Source: Gammaproteobacteria bacterium
Lineage (GTDB): Bacteria > Pseudomonadota > Gammaproteobacteria > Ga0077536
Assembly (NCBI GenBank): GCA_965223085.1
Contig: OZ244981.1
Span: 28,397-92,396 of the forward strand
Direction of reading: 5' to 3'
Length of the DNA stretch: 64,000 bases
The translations under genes were made by a program, and so were the position numbers. Of this stretch, positions 49,518 through 60,460 are shown piece by piece. The notes under the pieces are model-generated. The model was not told the DNA's origin. It did no database searches and worked only from the letters and a program-made list of their open reading frames with translations. Each line of letters starts with the position of its first letter. The first letter of the stretch is position 1.

Positions 49518-49880
49518 TCAGGGAGCGGCTAATGCTTCCTTCGCTTGTTTCGCGAGATCCGCAAAAGCTGCTTTATCGTTGACGGCAAGATCCGCCAGTA
49601 CTTTGCGATCCAACTCGATCGCCGCCCGCGAAAGGCCGTTGATAAAGCGAGAATACGACAGTCCGTGTTCGCGCGCCGCCGCATTGACGCGCACGATCCA
49701 TAAGGCTCTAAATTGCCGTTTGCGTTGCCGACGATCGCGATAAGCATACTGTCCGGCCTTGGTCACCGCTTGTTTCGCGACGCGAAAAACATTCTTGCGT
49801 CGACCGCGGTAGCCTTTCGCTTGTTTGATAACTTTTTTGTGTCGGGCGTGCGCCGTAACGCCGCGTTTTACTCGTGCCAT
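49518..49880 (-). CDS. rplT: 50S ribosomal protein L20
   Basis: [16 protein letters not shown]...[19 protein letters not shown]. Confidence 0.98.
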   Translation of the reverse strand: MARVKRGVTAHARHKKVIKQAKGYRGRRKNVFRVAKQAVTKAGQYAYRDRRQRKRQFRALWIVRVNAAAREHGLSYSRFINGLSRAAIELDRKVLADLAVNDKAAFADLAKQAKEALAAP

Positions 49881-49954
49881 ATTGCTTGGTCCTAGCCCGG
49901 ATACTGCGCCAGGCGCTCGCTGTGCTCGTGCAAACGTGTTGAATCAATAAGCGT

Positions 49955-50152
49955 TCAAGCTTTGGGAAGCAAGCGCGAAATGCTCGCCTCATCTGCTTGT
50001 GCCACTAAAGTATTACCGCGCAAATGTCTTTTCCGCTTCTGACTCTTTTTTGTCAGAATATGACTCTTGTACGATTGGCGTCGCTTCACTCGACCGCTTG
50101 CGGTTCTCGAAAAACGTTTCGCCGCACCGCGGTTGGTACGGATTTTAGGCAT
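49955..50152 (-). CDS. rpmI: 50S ribosomal protein L35
   Basis: [14 protein letters not shown]...[14 protein letters not shown]. Confidence 0.97.
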   Translation of the reverse strand: MPKIRTNRGAAKRFSRTASGRVKRRQSYKSHILTKKSQKRKRHLRGNTLVAQADEASISRLLPKA

Positions 50153-50174
50153 TACATATCGTCCTTTGTCGCTA

Positions 50175-50693
50175 TCATTGGCGCTTCGGTGCCATCACCA
50201 TGACCATCTGTCGCCCTTCGAGCTTCGCGCGTTGCTCAATATTCGCGAGTTCGGCCAAATCTGTTTCAACCCGCTCTAGCATTTGCGCACCGAGTTCTTG
50301 ATGCGCCATTTCCCGACCACGAAAACGCAGTGTTACTTTTACTTTGTCACCGTGTTCCAAAAAACGCTTCGCGTTGCGCATTTTGATGTCGTAATCACCG
50401 ATATCGGTACCAGGGCGCAGCTTTATTTCTTTGATTTGAATCTGTTTCTGCTTTTTCTTAGCCGCATGGCGCTTCTTGTTTTGATCAAACAAAAACTTGC
50501 CGTAATCCATTACCCGACACACGGGCGGCTCTGCAGTAGGCACAATTTCGACGAGATCTAGGCCGGCTTCGAGCGCGCTGTGCAACGCGTCCGCGCTTGA
50601 AACAATGCCGACGTTTTCACCCGCGGCATCGATCAAGCGCACGCGGGCGGCGTTAATATCTTCGTTGACGCGGTTTTTTTTCTCTGCTGCGAT
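50175..50693 (-). CDS. infC: Translation initiation factor IF-3 (non-canonical ATC start)
   Basis: [23 protein letters not shown]; frame extends through NRVNEDI to ATC at 50693, with GGAG 8 nt upstream. Confidence 0.95.
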   Translation of the reverse strand: MAAEKKNRVNEDINAARVRLIDAAGENVGIVSSADALHSALEAGLDLVEIVPTAEPPVCRVMDYGKFLFDQNKKRHAAKKKQKQIQIKEIKLRPGTDIGDYDIKMRNAKRFLEHGDKVKVTLRFRGREMAHQELGAQMLERVETDLAELANIEQRAKLEGRQMVMVMAPKRQ

Positions 50694-50695
50694 AT

Positions 50696-52621
50696 CTAAT
50701 TCTCCAATTCACCTGGGCTCCGACGCGCGATGTCGGTTTGCAGGTGTTCGGTGAATGTTGGTAAAGACATCGCTCCCAAATCTTCGCCCCCGCGCGTTCT
50801 CACGGCCACAGAACTAGTTGTTACTTCCCGCTCACCCACCACGAGCAAATACGGGATCCTATGCAACGTGTGCGCTCGAATTTTAAGCCCGATTTTCTCG
50901 TTTCTCAAGTCCGCGATGACCCGGAATCCTTGATTTTGCAGGGTTTCTGCGACTTGTCGAGCATATTTGGCCTGCCGATCGGTGATGTTCATCGTCACCG
51001 CCTGCAGCGGCGCCAGCCAGGTTGGAAAACGGCCTTCGAACTGTTCAATGAGGATCCCGATGAAGCGCTCCAACGAGCCCAGAATGGCGCGATGGAGCAT
51101 GACCGGGGTACGGCGCTCATTGTTTTCGGCCACGTACTCGGCGCCGAGGCGCTCGGGCATCGAGAAATCCAGCTGGATCGTGCCACATTGCCACACGCGG
51201 CCAATAGTATCACGCATCGAGAACTCGATTTTTGGCCCATAAAACGCGCCCTCACCGGGCAGCAATTCCCATTCGAGATCGGTTGCCCTGAGGGCTTGCA
51301 GTAAGGCCTGCTCGGCTTTGTCCCAAACCGCATCCGCACCGACACGTTTGGCGGGCCGCGTGGAGAGCTTGACCAAGACATCGCGAAAACCAAAATCCGC
51401 GTAGACTTTCCGGAGTAAGACGATGAACGCCGCGACTTCACTCTGGATTTGTTCCTCGGTGCAAAAAATATGACCATCGTCTTGCGTAAACGCACGCACG
51501 CGCATTAGCCCGTGCAAAGCGCCCGAGGGTTCGTTGCGGTGACAGGATCCAAATTCCGCCAAGCGCAACGGCAGATCCCGATAGCTCTTCAAGCCTTGTT
51601 TGTAAACCTGTACGTGACCGGGGCAATTCATCGGTTTTACCGCGTACTCGCGTGTTTCCGATTCCGTGACAAACATATTCTCGTGAAAATTGTCCCAATG
51701 ACCCGATAATTTCCACAACCGTGAATCTAGGATCTGGGGACAACGGACTTCCTGATACGCTTCGGCCACGAGTATCTCGCGCAGGTATTGCTCGATTTGC
51801 TGCCATATCGCCCAACCGCGTGGATGCCAGAAGACCATGCCGGGCGCGTCATCTTGCAGATGAAACAAATCGAGCTGTTTGCCGATCTTGCGATGGTCGC
51901 GTTTCTCCGCTTCTTCCAAGCGGCGCAAATAGGCTTGCAAGTTTTTTTTATCCTGCCAAGCCGTGCCGTAGATCCGTTGCAGCATTTCGTTGTTCGCGTC
52001 GCCGCGCCAATAAGCGCCGGCAATTTTCGTCAGTTTAAACGCCCGCAACTTAGCGGTACTCGGCACATGCGGCCCGCGACACAAATCGACGAAATCGCCC
52101 TGCCGATAAAGCGAGATCGTTTCCGCAGCCGGGATCGCCGCAATGATATCAGCCTTGTAGTCCTCGCCCATGTTTTTGAATAAAGCAACCGCGTCCGTGC
52201 GTGCCAAGATCTCTCGTTTGACGGGGATGTCGGCTGCTACTAATTCCGTCATCTTCGCTTCTATCGCAACTAGATCTGCGGGTGTGAAAGTCCGCTCGAA
52301 CGCAAAGTCATAGTAAAAACCGTTTTCGATAACCGGCCCGATCGTTACCTGGGCGCTCGGAAACAAGGTTTTGACGGCGTGCGCAAGGAGGTGGGCGCTT
52401 GAATGGCGAATGATCTCGAGACCTTCTGGATCGCGGTCCGTAATGATGGCGATCTGGGTGTCGTTCTCAATGACGTGAGAGAGATCGACCAGCCGCCCAT
52501 CGACACGCGCGGCGAGCGCGGCTTTGGCCAGCCCTGGTCCGATCGCGGCCGCGACCTCGGCCGCGGTTACGGCTGCGTCGAACGTCTTGTGGCTGCCGTC
52601 TGGTAAAGTGACGACCGGCAT
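50696..52621 (-). CDS. thrS: Threonine-tRNA ligase
   Basis: [42 protein letters not shown]. Confidence 0.98.
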   Translation of the reverse strand: MPVVTLPDGSHKTFDAAVTAAEVAAAIGPGLAKAALAARVDGRLVDLSHVIENDTQIAIITDRDPEGLEIIRHSSAHLLAHAVKTLFPSAQVTIGPVIENGFYYDFAFERTFTPADLVAIEAKMTELVAADIPVKREILARTDAVALFKNMGEDYKADIIAAIPAAETISLYRQGDFVDLCRGPHVPSTAKLRAFKLTKIAGAYWRGDANNEMLQRIYGTAWQDKKNLQAYLRRLEEAEKRDHRKIGKQLDLFHLQDDAPGMVFWHPRGWAIWQQIEQYLREILVAEAYQEVRCPQILDSRLWKLSGHWDNFHENMFVTESETREYAVKPMNCPGHVQVYKQGLKSYRDLPLRLAEFGSCHRNEPSGALHGLMRVRAFTQDDGHIFCTEEQIQSEVAAFIVLLRKVYADFGFRDVLVKLSTRPAKRVGADAVWDKAEQALLQALRATDLEWELLPGEGAFYGPKIEFSMRDTIGRVWQCGTIQLDFSMPERLGAEYVAENNERRTPVMLHRAILGSLERFIGILIEQFEGRFPTWLAPLQAVTMNITDRQAKYARQVAETLQNQGFRVIADLRNEKIGLKIRAHTLHRIPYLLVVGEREVTTSSVAVRTRGGEDLGAMSLPTFTEHLQTDIARRSPGELEN

Positions 52622-52664
52622 GCTTGTGATCCTGAAAGTCGCTAGAGTGAGAGTCGCTAGAAAT

Positions 52665-52741
52665 TGGTAGGCGCGATTGGACTCGAACCAACGACCCCCA
52701 CCATGTCAAGGTGGTGCTCTAACCAGCTGAGCTACGCGCCT
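52665..52741 (-). tRNA. tRNA-Val(GAC)
   Basis: AGGCGCGTAGCTCAGCTGGTTAGAGCACCACCTTGACATGGTGG...GTTCGAGTCC...ACCA. Confidence 0.96.
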
Positions 52742-52872
52742 GTCGCTTTGAAGAGTTGCCAAGCATACCCAAAAGCAGATAGCTATGCCACATAAGGAGC
52801 GTTTGCCGGCACTCGGGCTCGCGACCACGGTGCTGTGCGCCGCGGGCCGCGCTTGGCCAGGCCGCGGCCCTG

Positions 52873-54933
52873 TTACTCGGTTACGCTCACGGGCGGCATC
52901 TCCAAATAAGTGTGCTTGATGCGTTCGATCTCGTCACGAAGCTGTGCGGCCTGTTCGAATTCCAAGTCACGCGCGTGGGCAAACATCTTGTGCTCGAGCT
53001 CCTTGATTTCTGCCATGAGCTTGTCATTGCTCATGCCTTCGTAACGTGACCATGGTTCGGCGACGCGACGCGCACCTCGCCCGCGACTTCCAGGCGCTGC
53101 GTAGGCGCCCTCCATGATATCGGCGACCGCTTTGCGAATTCCTTGCGGGACGATGTTGTGCTGGTGATTAAACTCGAGCTGCACGTCACGCCGACGTGAC
53201 ATCTCATCCAAAGCGCGTTGCATAGAGCCGGTAAGCTCGTCGGCATATAGGATCGCTTTGCCTTCGATATTGCGGGCAGCCCGACCGACGGTCTGAATTA
53301 ATGATCGATCGGAGCGCAAAAACCCCTCCTTATCCGCATCGAGGATCGCGACCAGCGCCACTTCGGGTATGTCGAGCCCTTCACGCAGAAGATTGATCCC
53401 CACCAAGACGTCGAATTCACCGAGACGCAGGTCACGAATTATCTCGACACGCTCCACCGTATCGATGTCGGAATGCAAATAGCGCACCCGCACGCCATGT
53501 TCGGCAAGATAGTCGGTCAAATCCTCGGCCATGCGTTTCGTCAATGTCGTCACCAATACACGCTCACCGCGCTGGGCAGTGGCATTGATTTCCGACAGCA
53601 AGTCATCCACCTGGGTACCAGCGGGACGAATTTCGACCGCCGGATCCACTAAGCCCGTCGGCCGCACGACCAGCTCGACGACCTGCCCGGCGTGTTGTTC
53701 CTCGTAGGGTCCCGGTGTAGCAGAGACAAAAATCATTTGCGGTGCCATGCGTTCGAATTCATCAAAACGCAAAGGTCGATTATCCAGGGCACACGGTAAG
53801 CGAAAACCATACTCGACGAGATTTTCTTTACGCGCTCGATCACCGCGATACATGCCGCCGAGTTGGGGGATGGTCACATGGCTTTCGTCGATCACGAGCA
53901 AGGCATCAGCGGGCAAATACTCGAATAAGGTAGGGGGTGGCTCGCCAGATTTACGGCCCGACAAATGCCGCGAATAGTTTTCGATACCGGCGCAATAACC
54001 GATCTCCAACATCATCTCGACATCAAAACGCGTGCGCTGCTCCAAACGTTGCGCTTCCACGAGCTTGTTGACGCTATTGAGTTCAGCCAAACGCTGCTGC
54101 AATTCTATTTTTATCGCCTCGACGGCATTGAGCACTGTTTCGCGCGTGGTCACATAATGCGATTTCGGATAAATGGTCAAGCGTGGTACACGGCGTTGAA
54201 TTTCGCCGGTCAAAGGATCAAAAAACGCTAAGGATTCAATTTCGTCATCAAATAGTTCAACGCGCACCGCGTCGCGCTCTGACTCCGCGGGAAAGATATC
54301 GATGACATCTCCGCGTACGCGGTAGGTACCACGGCCCAACTCCAAATCGTTACGTGTATATTGCAATTCCACTAAGCGCCGCAACAAGGCGCGCTGCGCT
54401 AGCGGATCTCCTCGCTTCAAGTGCAATACCATGGCGTGGTATTCCGTCGGATCGCCTAAACCATAAATCGCCGACACGGTCGCGACGATAATAGTGTCGT
54501 GGCGTTCCATCAAAGCTTTGGTCGCCGAAAGGCGCATCTGCTCGATGTGATCGTTGATAGAGGCGTCTTTTTCGATGTAGGTGTCTGAGGCCGGCACATA
54601 GGCCTCAGGTTGATAGTAGTCGTAGTAGGAGACGAAATATTCGACCGCATTGTGCGGAAAAAATTCTCGCATCTCACCGTAGAGTTGTGCAGCGAGGGTT
54701 TTGTTCGGCGCCAACACCAAGGTCGGGCGCTGCACCGTCTGGATGACGTTGGCGATCGTGTAAGTCTTGCCCGAACCGGTAACACCTAACAGGGTTTGGT
54801 GGGCCAAGCCGTCTTCTATGCCGGCGATCAGGTCGGCGATCGCACGCGGCTGGCCGCCCGCGGGTTGAAACGCGGATTTAAGCTGGAAAGGCTTCTCAGG
54901 TAACGTGTTCGCGGCGGTCATTGTCGAGATCAT
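52873..54933 (-). CDS. uvrB: Excinuclease ABC subunit B
   Basis: [42 protein letters not shown]. Confidence 0.98.
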   Translation of the reverse strand: MISTMTAANTLPEKPFQLKSAFQPAGGQPRAIADLIAGIEDGLAHQTLLGVTGSGKTYTIANVIQTVQRPTLVLAPNKTLAAQLYGEMREFFPHNAVEYFVSYYDYYQPEAYVPASDTYIEKDASINDHIEQMRLSATKALMERHDTIIVATVSAIYGLGDPTEYHAMVLHLKRGDPLAQRALLRRLVELQYTRNDLELGRGTYRVRGDVIDIFPAESERDAVRVELFDDEIESLAFFDPLTGEIQRRVPRLTIYPKSHYVTTRETVLNAVEAIKIELQQRLAELNSVNKLVEAQRLEQRTRFDVEMMLEIGYCAGIENYSRHLSGRKSGEPPPTLFEYLPADALLVIDESHVTIPQLGGMYRGDRARKENLVEYGFRLPCALDNRPLRFDEFERMAPQMIFVSATPGPYEEQHAGQVVELVVRPTGLVDPAVEIRPAGTQVDDLLSEINATAQRGERVLVTTLTKRMAEDLTDYLAEHGVRVRYLHSDIDTVERVEIIRDLRLGEFDVLVGINLLREGLDIPEVALVAILDADKEGFLRSDRSLIQTVGRAARNIEGKAILYADELTGSMQRALDEMSRRRDVQLEFNHQHNIVPQGIRKAVADIMEGAYAAPGSRGRGARRVAEPWSRYEGMSNDKLMAEIKELEHKMFAHARDLEFEQAAQLRDEIERIKHTYLEMPPVSVTE

Positions 54934-55019
54934 AGATCAAGTGGGGCGGCGAGCGAGCGCTCAGCGCCATTTCATTGACCATGGAGACCGTGCTCAGTAA
55001 CATATCGATGCCCATCTAT

Positions 55020-55095
55020 TCCCCGGTAGCTCAGCTGGTAGAGCAAGTGGCTGTTAACCACTGGGTCGGCGGTTCGAGCCCGTCCCGGGGAGCCA
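55020..55095 (+). tRNA. tRNA-Asn(GTT)
   Basis: TCCCCGGTAGCTCAG...AGTGG-CTGTTAA-CCACT...GGTTCGAG...GGGGAGCCA. Confidence 0.96.
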
Positions 55096-55140
55096 ATTAT
55101 TCGCAATATCTATAAGAATACCCGCGCACAGTGTAAACCG

Positions 55141-55749
55141 TTGCTCAGCCGCGCCCCTCGAAACGCGCACGAGGCCAGCCGGCACCACGCTCAAGTCGAT
55201 GTCTTCGCGGTGAAAGGTGGCTTTTTGCGTTTAACGTCCTATCCAATAATTGCCAGTTGGATCATGCTACTGGGCACGCCGGCCACCCAGGCGCAGGATC
55301 TGATGTTTGCGTTACCGGCATTCTTGTCTTCGCCCAGTGTTTCGAACTCCTCACTCGGCACGACTTACACATATCTCGGCAAAGCACCGCACGCCCACGC
55401 TCTATTGCAACTTACGGTCTTAGACGTGCCTGGCGACTTAGCACTCGGGCAAAGCTTTACCGTCGATCGCTGCATCACGCTCTTGTTGGATGAAATCGAA
55501 CGCCAAGAGCATGGCTTTTTTGCTGCCCCCTCGAAAAGGCGCCTTACGGTCGGCGACTTGTCGCTGACGCAAATGCGTTGGACCCACAAGAAAGACGAAC
55601 GAGAAATGACCGGTATTGCCGCCTGCGGCACGCTAGGTGACCGGTATTTATCGGTATTATTTCGGGATACGTTGCGAGATGCGGTCGATAGTTTCCCAGA
55701 GATTAGAAACGCGCTGTCAACCTTAAACCCCTCCCCGACTACGCCGTGA
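55141..55749 (+). CDS. Hypothetical exported protein (start uncertain)
   Basis: Signal-like IIASWIMLLGTPATQA; GTGA overlap with the next gene. Confidence 0.5.
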   Translation: MLSRAPRNAHEASRHHAQVDVFAVKGGFLRLTSYPIIASWIMLLGTPATQAQDLMFALPAFLSSPSVSNSSLGTTYTYLGKAPHAHALLQLTVLDVPGDLALGQSFTVDRCITLLLDEIERQEHGFFAAPSKRRLTVGDLSLTQMRWTHKKDEREMTGIAACGTLGDRYLSVLFRDTLRDAVDSFPEIRNALSTLNPSPTTP

Positions 55750-56480
55750 CGAGCGCGCGGCGGCCGAACTACCGCTATTACGACTTAGTGATGGCCGCTT
55801 TCGTAACGGTGCTGATCTGTTCAAATTTAATCGGGCCAGCCAAAGTCTGCGCCCTCGAACTCCCTTTCGCTCTCCCGGTGATTGGGTCTTTGCTGGTATT
55901 CGGTGCCGGCAACATCTTCTTCCCCATTAGTTATATCTTCGGTGACATCTTGACCGAGGTCTACGGCTACGCTCGTGCCCGCAAAGTGATTTGGGCCGGT
56001 TTCGGCGCGATGTTGTTCGCCACATTTATGGCCGGCGCGGTCTTGCGTTTACCGCTGCACGCCGGCGAACCATACAATGCCGTGCTCCAACCCGCCTTAG
56101 AAACCGTTTTTGGCAGCACTTGGCGCATTGTTGCCGCCTCAATGGTGGCGTTTTGGATCGGCGATTTTGCCAATGCCTACGTGCTTGCACGCATGAAAGT
56201 GTGGATGGCAGGACGCTATCTTTGGATGCGCACCATTGGCTCCACTATCGTCGGCCAAGGCATCGACAGTTTTATTTTCTACCCGGTCGCTTTCTACGGG
56301 GTTTGGGAAACGCGCACCTTGCTCGCGGTGATCATTTTCAATTGGCTATTTAAGACTTCAATCGAAGTTTTCATGACCCCGGTGACTTACGCCGCAGTCG
56401 GCTTCCTAAAGCGCCACGAACACGAAGATTTTTTCGGCCGCGATACGAATTTCACCCCATTTTCCTTGCAAGACGAGTAG
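55746..56480 (+). CDS. yhhQ: Queuosine precursor transporter (YhhQ/VUT family)
   Basis: FFPISYIFGDILTEVYGYARARKVIWAGF, LWMRTIGSTIVGQGIDS. Confidence 0.9.
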   Translation: MTSARRPNYRYYDLVMAAFVTVLICSNLIGPAKVCALELPFALPVIGSLLVFGAGNIFFPISYIFGDILTEVYGYARARKVIWAGFGAMLFATFMAGAVLRLPLHAGEPYNAVLQPALETVFGSTWRIVAASMVAFWIGDFANAYVLARMKVWMAGRYLWMRTIGSTIVGQGIDSFIFYPVAFYGVWETRTLLAVIIFNWLFKTSIEVFMTPVTYAAVGFLKRHEHEDFFGRDTNFTPFSLQDE

Positions 56481-56527
56481 CCGATAACGGTCGATAAAGA
56501 GATGAATACGCCCGCCGCGACGGGGAG

Positions 56528-57328
56528 TTAGACAATACGCGTTACTGGCGTATCGTGCCGCGCTGCCGGCGCTAAGGCAGGTTTTAGCGCGAAGCGTTCG
56601 CCCGGATGCGCGATCCGGTAGCCGTTCGCGACGATAGCCTCACCGGCGGCGACCGATTCATAGTGATACAGCACGAGTCGCGCACGCAATTCAGACGGAT
56701 ACTCGCGCCGTAAGTCTTCTAGGCCGGTATGGGCCGGTAAACTGTGGAGGCCGCAGTCGTGAAATACGACCTCGCCGTGACTGGCGAAGTGCAGTATTAC
56801 TTCCGGGATCGGTCGCGTGTCACCGGTGTAAAGAAACGCGCCCGGCAAACATAGGCCATAAGCTTGCTCGTAGCCACTGTGGCGAGATGGGAAGACAGAA
56901 AAGAGCAAACCTTGCCACCAAAACGTATCGTTCACCGGCATTAGTTGAAACGCATCCCAGAAATTTGCGCTGCCTTCGCTTAGCACGAAAGCGGTATTCG
57001 CGATCTTCTCTGCCAAAGCCGGGATTAGCTTCGCGGGTACGAATAAAACCGGTTTGTGGGCACTATTGAAATAGGCGTCGTAGAACAACTGTTCGAGTCC
57101 GCCGACATGATCGAGGTGCAAATGAGTAATAAAAACCGCGGGTGGGAAACGATCGGGATAACATCCAGCATAGACTTCCAAGGTGCGCGGACCGCAATCG
57201 AGCAGCAACGACGGCGCTTCATCGCGTTCCAAAACCGCCGCCGCGCTGCCGATCTCGGTTGCGCGGGCGTTGCCAACGCCGAGAAACTTAAACGTTAACG
57301 CTGCGTCCATCCGATCTGATCCATTCAC
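56528..57328 (-). CDS. MBL-fold metallo-hydrolase
   Basis: LLDCG, ITHLHLDH, YTGDTRP, FHDC, LYHY. Confidence 0.85.
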   Translation of the reverse strand: MNGSDRMDAALTFKFLGVGNARATEIGSAAAVLERDEAPSLLLDCGPRTLEVYAGCYPDRFPPAVFITHLHLDHVGGLEQLFYDAYFNSAHKPVLFVPAKLIPALAEKIANTAFVLSEGSANFWDAFQLMPVNDTFWWQGLLFSVFPSRHSGYEQAYGLCLPGAFLYTGDTRPIPEVILHFASHGEVVFHDCGLHSLPAHTGLEDLRREYPSELRARLVLYHYESVAAGEAIVANGYRIAHPGERFALKPALAPAARHDTPVTRIV

Positions 57329-58323
57329 CGTTCAGAAGCCAAATGCCGTTCGGAATCCGAGGCTGTCGAGATCGGTTGCCACAAGGCACTAAACATCGAT
57401 CTGCCGAGAAGCAAACCGATCCCGATGGCAGTAACCGATCCAAACAGCACGATTTGCACTACGACCGATGCGGCGATGCCAAGAACGTCAGCATAACCGA
57501 AAACGCCCAGCACCAATACGAACACGAGCTGGTAACTGCCGAGATAGCCCGGCGCCGTAGGCACTATGGTGCTTAGCGACGCGACACTCATCAAAAGCAT
57601 AACCTGGGCCGGTGCCAGCGAGGTTCCTAGCGCTTTGATGATGGCCGTCAATGCCAAGCCTTCGCAAACCCAGATCAATAATGTTAACAAGATCACCCGT
57701 GCACGCGAACGGTTGTTTAGCGAGGCAATCCCGCGGCGCAAGTCGTCCAACAGCCGATGGATTTTAGGGTTGGAGACGAGGCGTTCAAAAACTTGCGCGC
57801 GTAGAATCAAAATCGTCGCGAGCAATGCACCGATAACAAACACGGCGTTGAGTGCGATCAATGTAAACGTGCGCATTTCTCTGGCCGGCGCCAAAACACT
57901 CAGTGTTATCAACGCCACAACCAAAATTAGCGAGATCATCGCGAGATCCGAGGCGCGTTCAACGACAATCGACCCCAGGACCGAGGTACGCGAGAAACCG
58001 AAGCGACGCTTGGCATAGTCGGCTCGAAACACTTCACCCAAACGGGCCGGTAACACATTATTTACGGCGTAACCAACAACTAGCGTTTCAGAGACCGGTC
58101 CGCGCGCCACGGGCCCGATTTCATTGAGCAACGCGCGCCAGCGCACAATGCGGAAAGCAAAACCTAACCAATAAGATGCCAGCGCGAGCAAGATGAAAAA
58201 CGCGTCAACTTTTGCCAAAATCGCGCCGAGCTGTGCGACATCGATGTCCCGCGCCGCGAGCGCCAAAAACAATACCCCTAAGGTAACGCCCCCAAGGGCC
58301 AGCGCTATTCGACGTTGCAACAC
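57325..58323 (-). CDS. Lysylphosphatidylglycerol synthase TM domain / UPF0104 flippase-like protein
   Basis: RIVRWR, NNVLPARLGEVFR, VVER, PTAPGYLG. Confidence 0.85.
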   Translation of the reverse strand: MLQRRIALALGGVTLGVLFLALAARDIDVAQLGAILAKVDAFFILLALASYWLGFAFRIVRWRALLNEIGPVARGPVSETLVVGYAVNNVLPARLGEVFRADYAKRRFGFSRTSVLGSIVVERASDLAMISLILVVALITLSVLAPAREMRTFTLIALNAVFVIGALLATILILRAQVFERLVSNPKIHRLLDDLRRGIASLNNRSRARVILLTLLIWVCEGLALTAIIKALGTSLAPAQVMLLMSVASLSTIVPTAPGYLGSYQLVFVLVLGVFGYADVLGIAASVVVQIVLFGSVTAIGIGLLLGRSMFSALWQPISTASDSERHLASER

Positions 58324-58324
58324 G

Positions 58325-59092
58325 TCAAGGCACGCGATACTTGACTAGATACCAAAGCGCTTTGACTCCGTCTTGCCAATTAATCTTTTTACCTTCGTCG
58401 TAGGTTCGTCCGAAATAGCTGATCCCAATTTCATAGATACGCCATTTCCGTGCTAAGGCTACTTGCGCGCTGAACTGCACTTCGAAACCAAAATCGTTTG
58501 CCGAAATGCGTAAACTCTCCAACACCTCTCGGGTAAACATTTTGTAACACACTTCGATATCCGTGAGCGTCTGATTGTAGAGTGTGTTGAAGATAAACGA
58601 GATCGCGCGGTTCGCCATGTAATGATGAAAATATAGTGCGCGGTGGGGGCGGCCGTAGAAGCGCGAACCATAGACGACATCCGCAACCCGACGCACCGCT
58701 ATCAGATCGTACATTTCGCGCCAATCCTCAGGATCATATTCGAGATCCGCGTCTTGGATCACGATCATGTCCCCGGTAACCCCCTGCAAACCGGTTTGCA
58801 GCGCGCCGCCTTTGCCACGGTTGGCGTCGTGATAAAAGACCTTAAAACTCAGCTTTGCACATTCGCCCGGAAGAACTTGCAAACCGCCTGCGGCTGTTTT
58901 GACAAGCTCACACTGGGCCCCTTCGAGACCTTCGACTGTGGCTTGCAGCCATTCACGGGTACCATCGCGAGAGCAATCATCCACCACGACGATCTCCTTT
59001 GCGACGGCAGGTAAGGCCGCTGCGACCCGTACCAGGCAATCAGCGATCGTCTCGATCTCGTTGTAAGCCGGGATGACGACAGAAAGCTTCAC
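58325..59092 (-). CDS. GT2 glycosyltransferase, polyprenol-phosphate sugar synthase (DPM1-like)
   Basis: LSVVIPAYNE, VDDCSRDGT, NRGKG, QDADLEYDP, GRTYDEGKKI; GTG start overlaps the upstream stop. Confidence 0.9.
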   Translation of the reverse strand: MKLSVVIPAYNEIETIADCLVRVAAALPAVAKEIVVVDDCSRDGTREWLQATVEGLEGAQCELVKTAAGGLQVLPGECAKLSFKVFYHDANRGKGGALQTGLQGVTGDMIVIQDADLEYDPEDWREMYDLIAVRRVADVVYGSRFYGRPHRALYFHHYMANRAISFIFNTLYNQTLTDIEVCYKMFTREVLESLRISANDFGFEVQFSAQVALARKWRIYEIGISYFGRTYDEGKKINWQDGVKALWYLVKYRVP

Positions 59093-59589
59093 AGCGCGAC
59101 CCGCCTCACATCGCGCGCCACCCAAGTTGCGAGCGAATCCCAGATATAGTCGATCGTCTCGCGGATATAGGTCCATGCAGCCGTGGTATTCGCTTGCCAG
59201 TCGACGATCGCTTCGTGCAAATCCAACAGCGGCTCGGTCCGTCCGTGACAAAGTTCGTTAAACAATACGCTTTGGCAATCAAACATCTGCGAGATGAATT
59301 CTTGGTGATCGGTACTCATCGCAACGACCAAACGGTTTGCCATGAAATGATCCGAGTGCAGCAATCGCGGCGCGTGCACCATTTTGCGACCACCCTTAGT
59401 TTGCAAATAGTCGTAGATCGAGGCGAAACCCTGGCCTTGATTCGCCTGGGTGCCCGCTGAGGTGACCACCAGCTCACCGTCCCTGGTGAGGCACGCGAGC
59501 GAGTATTCCGCCGCGACACTGCGGAAAATATTTCCCGTGCACACGAATAATACTGAGTTATATGCCCCGGCGACGGGCAAGTCTCTCAT
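59089..59589 (-). CDS. Low-molecular-weight phosphatase/arsenate reductase family protein
   Basis: VLFVCTGNIFRS (CX5R), SAGT. Confidence 0.75.
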   Translation of the reverse strand: MRDLPVAGAYNSVLFVCTGNIFRSVAAEYSLACLTRDGELVVTSAGTQANQGQGFASIYDYLQTKGGRKMVHAPRLLHSDHFMANRLVVAMSTDHQEFISQMFDCQSVLFNELCHGRTEPLLDLHEAIVDWQANTTAAWTYIRETIDYIWDSLATWVARDVRRVAL

Positions 59590-59770
59590 AGGTAATGTAG
59601 CGGCGTGATGTTTAATTAAAGGAAGTTCAGCATCTTATGCGACGCTGGCTTTCGTCTCAATAGGATTCGCGCGATCGGGGGCGCGAGGCCGACGGTAGTG
59701 AGCGCCGTGATGCTCGCTATCGTGAGCCACGCATCGCTGTGGAACAATATAGTAAAGAATATCAACTTCC

Positions 59771-60460
59771 ATGACTGTTTCCGGCTTACATCGCGATCCC
59801 TTTGTCCAACTAACAGACGTCACAATGCGTTACGGGGAGGTCGCGCCGGTGACCGTTTTCACCAAACTTGACTTGCGCATTGCAGCTGGAGAGTTTGTCT
59901 GCATTGTGGGTCAAAGTGGCTCCGGTAAATCTACCTTGCTGAACTTGATCGGTGCGATGGACCGCTCCCAAGCGGGAACGATCCGTGTCGGCGCGGTAAC
60001 GATCAGCGCATTGTCCGAGCGCGAACGTACCCAGTTCCGGCGACGACACCTCGGCTTTGTCTTTCAAGCCTATAACCTCATCCCTACCTTGACCTTGTTG
60101 GAAAACGTCGCCTTGCCCTTGGCGCTGAATGGACACCACGACGATCAGCCGGCACAGCGCTTACTCGAACGCGTCGGTTTAGCGCAGCGGGCCGACCATT
60201 TCCCGAGCGCATGCTCGGGCGGTGAACAACAGCGGGCAGCGATCGCGCGCGCCTTGGTGCATAGGCCCGAGTTGGTGCTCGCCGATGAGCCTAGCGGTAA
60301 TCTCGACGCTGACAGCGCCGAACGCGTTTTCAAGCTTCTACGGGAAGCCGTTGCCGAAGCGCATAAAACTTTGATCGTGGTCACCCATAACCGTGAACTC
60401 GCGCGGTACGCCACGCGCCAACTGCGCCTGGAGCACGGCCGTCTACGGCCTTATTCATGA
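59771..60460 (+). CDS. LolD-type ABC ATPase (AttE-like)
   Basis: GQSGSGKS, SGGEQQR, LADEPSGNLD. Confidence 0.9.
   Translation: MTVSGLHRDPFVQLTDVTMRYGEVAPVTVFTKLDLRIAAGEFVCIVGQSGSGKSTLLNLIGAMDRSQAGTIRVGAVTISALSERERTQFRRRHLGFVFQAYNLIPTLTLLENVALPLALNGHHDDQPAQRLLERVGLAQRADHFPSACSGGEQQRAAIARALVHRPELVLADEPSGNLDADSAERVFKLLREAVAEAHKTLIVVTHNRELARYATRQLRLEHGRLRPYS

Noticed and set aside
52637-52661. 10-bp direct repeat AGTCGCTAGA between tRNA-Val and thrS
   Set aside because: Too short to interpret; no associated element
59093-59251. N-terminal extension of the GT2 in the ORF track
   Set aside because: Overlaps the phosphatase gene; the GTG at 59092 gives the normal family start
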